Positions 56,286-64,000 of a DNA stretch of 64,000 nucleotides are shown piece after piece; the first letter of the stretch is position 1, and every line of letters begins with the position of its first letter. The stretch is taken from positions 558,001 to 622,000 of the forward strand of contig CT868030.1 in assembly GCA_000165425.1 (NCBI GenBank). Reading direction: 5' to 3'. The position numbers and the translations under genes are program-made. The notes below the pieces were generated by a model that worked only from the letters and a program-made list of their open reading frames with translations, ran no database searches and had not been told where the DNA came from. The stretch comes from Paramecium tetraurelia. Lineage: Eukaryota.

Positions 56286-58020
56286 ATGGATTTACTGCAA
56301 ATGCTTCTCACTCAAAGATCTTTAATCAGTTTAAATAATAAATATATGAGGTATTACTTCAAAATAGCTAGCTCACATAAACCCAGAAGGAAGTCGCCGA
56401 TCTTGATTTTGAATTTATCGAGCTTGATAGACATAATTTAGAAGATTATTTATTTGAGCCAGAAACATCTCACATTAGACCTGAAAAAGGGCAGAAATTT
56501 AATTCATTAGACATGGTTTTTATAATCGCATCTCCAAATACAAGGCCATGGAATCCAAACATGAGGAATGTATCGATATATTTGCTATTCTAGATTATCA
56601 GTCTAATAAGAATGTGCATCAAAACTAAGAAACTATTATTTATGACATCATTTGGAGCTCAAGCACTTGCATATTTATGTGCTTCCAATATTTCGACAGT
56701 AACTTTATCTCATTTTATAACAGCATATTAATATTACGAATGGAAATGGAGAAGGCAGCAAATTGGTTGATTTTCCAAAGTACACTCTTTAAGCATTAAA
56801 AAATTCTCATGACGATTATTTTTTGGATACAACAACAGGAGATTTATACACATACAATAAAGTTACAGACGAATGGATGCCTAAATGTAATATTGGGATT
56901 CATCACAGAAGAGATGCAATGGAATATTAATCTATAGGAAAGTATGTTGTAAAATCCCCTGCTTATAAACCTAAATAAGCAATGCTCAGCAATCAAACAG
57001 AAATGACTTGCATAATCAAAAAGCCATTTTTACATTATTGGTTATTTAAAGATGTTAATATTGAGTTTTAAATTAAACAATCAAATACCTGGGATATACA
57101 TACAATCACATTCACGAATCCAGATAAAGTATCTAAATCAATTAAATAATAGAGATTTTTATCATTGGCTGAAAATAACCTACGAGGTCCCTTAATCTTA
57201 TAATGTGATAACATAATAGCAGTGTTATTTGAACTAGATTATAAATAAAAAGATTAAACTAACTTGTTATCTAATTTTATAGAAAATGGTATCAAGGTAA
57301 TAAGATATTCAAATACATATGTATTAAATATTAACATTAATAGAATACAATAAGTATTATTAATGAAAGGTAATACTGTTCTCCAAGAGGATTAGAAAAC
57401 ATAGAATTGATCTACAATTAAGATACAAAAAAGAAAACCCAACATTTATAAGAAGATATAATGAAGAATTAACATAAAGCTTATGTGAAGGAATATCGCA
57501 AATTAGTCAATAAGGCAATTCTAGATACTGAGAAAGAGAGAGATAAGATATTACATGTTGGGTTCTCTGTGAAGAAAAATCGTTTACCAGAGTATGTAAT
57601 ATACTATATAGTGTTGTTGAATAAAATAATATACAGCAGAAAACATTGAAAGCGAATCAAAGAAAATCTTTTCTTGTGAAAAAAGAGAAATTTTACTTAA
57701 ATTTTGAATCACTTAAACATAATTTAGATGCAAATCAAAGTTACAAAAATAATTCAACTAGCCGATAGCATGTAAAATTACGAACTGAACCCAAAGTGAC
57801 ATTTCAAGCCAATGATGAGGTTGATGATTCAAACTTACTTCAAACCTACAGAGTTTTATCTCAAGTTGAAATCAGAAGATAGTTACATCCTTCACTAAAT
57901 CAAGAATTTTTGGGATCTCAAAAGATATGGATTCCAGGATTCTTGAAATAAAATAAATCTAAGTTCTCCTAATCCTAGCCGAATTCTGGTAGATAAACGT
58001 TTTAATAACTAATTGATTGA
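56286..58020 (+). CDS. hypothetical protein with degenerate class I glutamine amidotransferase-like N-terminal domain
   Basis: LDMVFIIASPNTRPW...LIRMCIKTKKLLFMTSFGAQALAYL resembles the GATase D..I.GS..PW...GICFGHQ.LA pattern. Several introns. Confidence 0.6.
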
Positions 58021-58073
58021 TTAATTTATAATAGTTTTTTTAAAACAATATATATTTCTATGAACATTTATCT

Positions 58074-61000
58074 TCATGATTCATGACACACATATTCTAA
58101 CACATATTTGATTTATTTAGTGAAGTTATCTTTGGTAAAACTATTCAAATAGTTCTCCAAGCCTAAATATAACATTAATTTTTACTTTAATATCCTATAG
58201 TTATTGGATCTATAATTAGATTTGACAGCCATAATTAATTTTTGTATTCTTATATCAACTACAACAAAAGATTTTGAAACTAATTTCATATAAATGAATA
58301 CTTCTTTTGGATCGAATAAAGAAATTGCAAACATTATATCAGAATTGGGCTATAAAAATTTAATGATTTTTGGAAATGCTACAGTTACCATAAAACTTTA
58401 TCTAAAGATTGATTGTAATAATAGTTTTCCTTTACCATAGATATCAGAAATCTTTTGTTTTATCATAGCTGTGTCTTATTCTTCTCCTATTATACTTTCC
58501 TATACCAGAAATTAGATGGAATTATATAATAATGTTGCTAACTATGACAACTAAATGGCTTCTTCATTTATTTGTTCATCACCCTTGATAGATTTAAAAT
58601 TTAGAATGTCTGTTAAAGTATTCTCAGATAGTTCAAATAATTATAGAAATGTTTCAGCTCCACATTTGTATGTAAGTGTTTCACTATGTTCTTAACAAAC
58701 TCCTTCAAGACATTCGAAGAGATAACGTTTGTACTTCATTAGATTTTAAAATAAAGGTCTATAAACTGTAATGAGTTGCAATTATTTTATAAACAATTCC
58801 AAACAAAAATTATCTTGGTAGATGATAAAGAATCCTTAATTTATCTATTTAGAACTTGAAATTTGGCCCATAACTTTCATCAATTTTGCAGCCATTTTCA
58901 AAGTATTATCTTAAACTTATTTACCTTAGGATAAACATGTTTATGCTTATGTTAATAAGTACTTGATTGATGTGATGAAATAGTTGGTTGTTTGTCCATA
59001 GACTTAATACAGAACCAACTAAATGTTTTCATTTGATAATCTTGTATTTCTATAATGAACTATATAAATTACTTGTTTTTGAAAATTGAACATATCAAAG
59101 ATGTTAATCCAATTGATGCATCGAAATCTGAAACAAAGATATTAGTATTATTAGGTTGCAAAATTTGTAATATATCGGGTAAACTAGATTAATTTATTTT
59201 ATATACACTATGCGTAAGAAAATTCGATAAATCTTATCTAGTTCTAGCTCATTCACAATACCAATCATGTCCCAAATGTATTTGAGCATATTTATTTTAT
59301 TCATTTCTATTGCAATCGACTTCTTGATCTGCTTATAAATATCCACTAAAGCTGGAACATAGTCATCCATCTGATCATCAACCCAAACAAGTGAAATTAA
59401 TTGATACACAAGTTTTCTCTTTTTAATATACTAGACTTCATTAAAACAAGTGAAATCCATTTGGAGGAAGAATTGTCTCAGCATATTATTTACTTAACTT
59501 GCTTGGAATATTCTTCTATCAAGCTGTCTCTTTAATCTTTCGATATTATGATATTTTGTACTTTTCATAAGTAAATTACAATATTTAAAAACTATATTCT
59601 ACTAGATCAGGATCATTCAAAGTAAATTTTTGATAACTTAATTAAATCAACTAAATACCATTGTTCTAAACAACTCTCAATTATTGCTAAATAATTTTAC
59701 TAACTTCCTAAATCACGAAAAATACTTGTTTATCTATTCATAAAAGAAAACTAATTACAATTAAGATTAAGAAATAACTGTATTGGAGTTTTCATCATAA
59801 TATACACCATCTATTGTTTGTGTAATATAAGATTGAATAAATATCAAAATACAGGTGTGATACATCTTTATAATTTATATCTTCTCAATATCTTATTAAG
59901 TAGCCAGGACTGGTAAACTTAATTTATTGGAAAAAGATATAATTTCCAAAATATATATGATTAATTAACCAAACTAAGGAGGTCTTTCTTATTTATTTTA
60001 TTGCCCATAATAATCATATCCAGTCAATAACTCTCCTTGTGTTGGACTAATAACAAATGCTGAGACTAAACATAACAGTGAGCTGAATTTTTCTAGAAAT
60101 CAATAAATAAAAGTACAAATTGTAATCATCTATTCATGTTCTGCCATTTGATTAAGGTTCTAAAGTGAAAAATGATGAATACTTGGATTGGTATTTTTTT
60201 AAATGATTCCAAGAGTAAATTTGTACATTCTACAGCATTTTATTAATAAACTTAAGAACATAATCGAAAACTTTTATCAATAAACTTCTTAATTTTTTTA
60301 ATTGGAATGCTTGTTGGAATGTCTGCAAAGGGGTTCCCATTATAAAATGCCTGAATCAAAAGTTTGAAACTTAAATTTATAGAATTTGATAGATTCTAAT
60401 ATTAGGATGGATAATGTTATTTGTATGAATTTATTTAAATCTAAAATTAATTCCAAACTTCTTGCAATTTGATAAAAACACTATTTGGTTGTATCCTGAT
60501 TTAATAATTACTTAATATTACTTGATTCACTTGATTAAATTAAATTACACATTAATCAAATAAATCTGAAAATTTATTCAGTTTTTTCAGCGTAAAGTTG
60601 GACTAATTAAAGAACGATATTTACAACTAATTTGATAGCAAATATACAAACTTCATTACAAAAGTCGTAATTTTTTATGTACACTTAATGTTGATTTAAG
60701 ATATAAAGTAAACCTTCCCAGAGGGCTCTTCTCACTTATTGCTTCTATGAGCGTTTTCCAAAGAATAGTGAAAGTCTTGCAGCAGCTATTCTCTAAACAA
60801 TTGTTATCAATTTAATTGAAATTGTTTAATCTAAAGTGTAAAAGTCAATAATTGATCTGAACATTTCTAAAAGGAGTTTATATTCAGTTATTATTGAAAT
60901 GTAAGAGTCAGGAAACTAAATTAATGTTTTGATTTAGAATTATTACATTTATAAGAAAGTTATCCTTTTGATCTTGATCTGACTCAATCTCATAAAAGCT

Positions 61001-61845
61001 TAAATTGAAATTAAAAGTCATGAATGAGTTTAGTAATTAGATTAATGTATCAGCAAAAGCCTTATCCTCCTAATATAATTAAATCAACGTTTTATGCTGC
61101 AACTAAATGAGAATCAGTTTATGAGTAGAAATCAATAAGGTGCTTAAAGATTACCTAAATTACTTAATTGAAATTGTACTTCAAGAAGTTCATCATTATT
61201 TTTCGAAATTCCAAATAACTGGACGCATAATAATATGATCTAACACAAATTAAGAGGTTTTCAAATAATTTACATCCAATGGTTAAAATTGTGAAATTCT
61301 GACTGTTAAAAAATGTGTTAATCAATTTTTCAACTAGTTAATCTGAGTTTAAAGTGTCTGTCCAATATTTTCTTAATAGGAAAGCCAAAGTGAATAGCAC
61401 CTAATTTTATACATGATTTGGATGATTTAGGAATCTTGCAAAATAATTGATTACAATATCAATATGAGTAGTAACAATTATGGTGTGGTGTTACTTTTCA
61501 TTGCTAAGAAATTAATAATCAAAGTACTTTTCTAATTCCTCAAAAGTAGATTATTTTTTTAATGAAGTTTGAAGCACATTAATAAATTTGGATCCTTGGG
61601 CAAGTGATTTTTACATCAGGGAATAGAGAACAAAGATAGTTTCAGGTTTTTGATCTTGTTCGACAATATTTCTAAACAGGGGCAAATTATTCCAATCCAA
61701 AATAAATGCTCTGAGTTAGTCAATAATTTGTTAATTTTTCTACAGAGATAATATAGACATCAAAAGGTACCGCAAAATCACCAGCTTAAAGCACTTGTAG
61801 AGAATAACTATGAATAGTTTATTAAAGCGCTTAAGTTGAATACAT
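58074..61845 (-). CDS. large alpha-helical repeat protein, probable importin-beta/exportin (exportin-4/7-like)
   Basis: About 1200-aa L/I/F-rich helical ORF. Starts MYSTQALQQ...QIIDQLRAFILDWNNLPLFRNIVE; ends NSFTKDNFTKQIKYVLEYVCHES*. Ends traced, middle only partly; family by resemblance. Confidence 0.55.
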
Positions 61846-61861
61846 TTATTAATTTAATTAA

Positions 61862-64000
61862 ATGAGTGAAATATTATAGTAAGAGGATGAAATTTAATTA
61901 GATCAAGAAAACATAAGAGGATATCTAGATGATCAAATTCTAGGATAGATAGTTGAACAATATTAGCATTAAGGACTTACAAACTAAACAATAACATAAT
62001 ATACTTAGCTAGTATCAAGAGGTTGCTAATTAGTAAAAAATAAATAACTTATTTTTTAGTTGCATCCATTATTACCGAAGCTACCAGACTAGAAAGGAGT
62101 AAAATTTATAAGTTAACAAGAATTACTCAATTTAGATAAAACTTTGTTGGGTCGACTTGAAAGTGATTAGAGGTTTAGAACATAAAGAGAGAAGATTATG
62201 CGTAACCATTCTCAATCCTATGTGCGAAAATTCAATCTGACTGATAAAAGTCAGTCTATGTTGAATGACAGCTGTTGCTTAAAAGAATAGATTGCGTTTT
62301 AATTGGATCATAATAAAACTTAATTAAGGTATTAGGAGGAGCAGTAGAAACAAAGTATATTGAGAACAACGTTCGCTAGATCTAGATCATATAATCAAAA
62401 TAAATTACCAAAAATAAAAACTTATCCTGCCAAAATTGATGAGGAAGGATAAATTATGCCAGCCATTAAAGCTAAAGTTATACAAGTTCAGTAACCTGAA
62501 GAAGAGTTCACAATTCCTACCCACTATTTAGGTTGGATAGATGCGTTCTATGGAAAATGGAGACCTTAAATGAGAGAAGGAGCTTCCTTGAATAATGTCT
62601 TAGGAAAACTATATTTATTTGGAGGAATAAGTAGCAAACCATTTAATGATGTCGTTATTTGGGATCATAAAGAGTGGTTCTAACCACAGATAATAGGAGA
62701 GAAGGCTCCATTTGGTCGAACCAATCATATTCACTGTGTTTTTAGAAGGAACATCTACATATTTGGAGGTGAGAAACCATATGATGGTTAATAGAAGATA
62801 AGGGAAAGTACTAATGATTTTAGAGTCTTTAATACAGGTAAATTGGTAGATATATGAAATAGAAAATAATGAGTTCAAAGCATTAAGGTTTGGAGGAGAA
62901 TTAATTGAAGGGAGAAGGGGAGCATCAGGAGCTATTGTAGGAAAGCATATTATTATCCATGCGGGTATCAACACTAAAGGAAGATATTTAAGTGATTTAT
63001 ATCACTATGATATTTTGAACAATAAAATGTTTTTAAGTTAGGTTGAGTAGAATGACTTTTTTACTAATGGAATTGCTTTTCATACACTCATCTCTGTCTT
63101 TAGTAGTTAAAGAAATATCCAAATTTATAAAAACTACATGGACCCAGAGGAAATGAAGGAAATCAAATATAAAGTAGAGGGAGTATACTTGTTTGGAGGA
63201 GAATCTAAAATAGGAACACTGTATTCTGGCTTATACATGCTGAATCCTTGTACTCGTCCAATGTAATGGTCTTTGGTGTCTGGCAAAGGATAATTACCAA
63301 GTAAATATTAATTGAAATTAGCACTAAGTTAGTAGATATAAACATTCTGCTTCATATTGTGATAGGTAGGGAATTATTATTATTTATGGTGGCATAAGCG
63401 AATCATCTACTTTCTTGAATGATTGTCACATTTTCAAAATTGAAACTCAATCTTGGAGCAAAGTCGATTTAGACCTCAAAGAAGGAAGAGCAGGTCATTC
63501 TGCTGTTGTGGATGATCATAAACTTATTATTTTCGGAGGCTATAACGAAACTGGATTTCTTAGTGCAGACTTTTAGATTCTAGAAATCGATTCCATGATT
63601 GCCTATCGAAATAGAAGATAAGCCAATATAGTTAATCATCCTTCAACAGATCCCTTATAATCATAGACAACGAATCAGAATGTCAAAACAAAGCACTAAA
63701 TTTACACTGACAGAATGAGTAAAATTAGAGAGTAGGTTGCTAGTCTTTCTTATAATATTAAATCTTTCATACCTAAACCTATCATCAAATAAATATCTGC
63801 CAAGAATCTCAACAAAATTAATAAAGAATAAATGCTATTTTCTTAAAGGTTGAATGAAGAGACTTCTGAATTAATCAAGGATTTTGATTACGTAGAAGAA
63901 AGCAAAGATGAAATGAAGGCCTCTGCTAAGTTGGATGGCTCTCCACATTCAAATAAAAAACTTACTGATAGGCGCTCAATTTCAACTAGAAATACATAAC
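61862..64000 (+). CDS. Kelch-repeat protein (3' end beyond the window)
   Basis: REGASL..KLYLFGG, RTNH..IYIFGG, RRGASG..IIIHAG, VYLFGG, IIIYGG, RAGHSA..LIIFGG; frame open at the window end. Confidence 0.9.

Noticed and set aside
61846..62069. Upstream extension of the exportin-like frame to an ATG at 62069, implying overlapping genes
   Set aside because: It is the antisense of the Kelch gene's first exon; ATG 61845 plus a 31-nt intron gives a more plausible N-terminus.

Overview
This window is ciliate macronuclear DNA, most likely Paramecium. It is very AT-rich, TAA/TAG are read as Gln with TGA the only stop (translation table 6), introns are tiny GT..AG elements of about 21-33 nt, and genes are tightly packed. 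The supplied ORF track uses the standard code, so it shows only fragments or antisense shadows; I re-translated by hand with code 6. I can support 37 protein-coding genes. Clear identifications include ALKBH8, two MORN proteins, ARP2, an archaemetzincin, a LITAF protein, an alpha-arrestin, an RBR E3 ligase, PKG, a diflavin reductase, nicalin, an HSF, CFAP96, peptide deformylase, TOP2, a CTD small phosphatase and a Kelch protein cut by the window end. I recognised no tRNA, rRNA, transposon, CRISPR array or retained IES, and I cannot demonstrate a multi-gene novel system. The best leads are: a dually acylated tandem pseudokinase/beta-propeller protein; two related RVxF (PP1-docking) proteins flanking ARP2; a lipid-anchored P450-reductase-like enzyme; divergent genes with ATGs only 16 and 20 nt apart; several catalytically altered enzymes; and a candidate structured RNA near 4.9 kb. 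Gene coordinates span start to stop including introns and were counted by hand.
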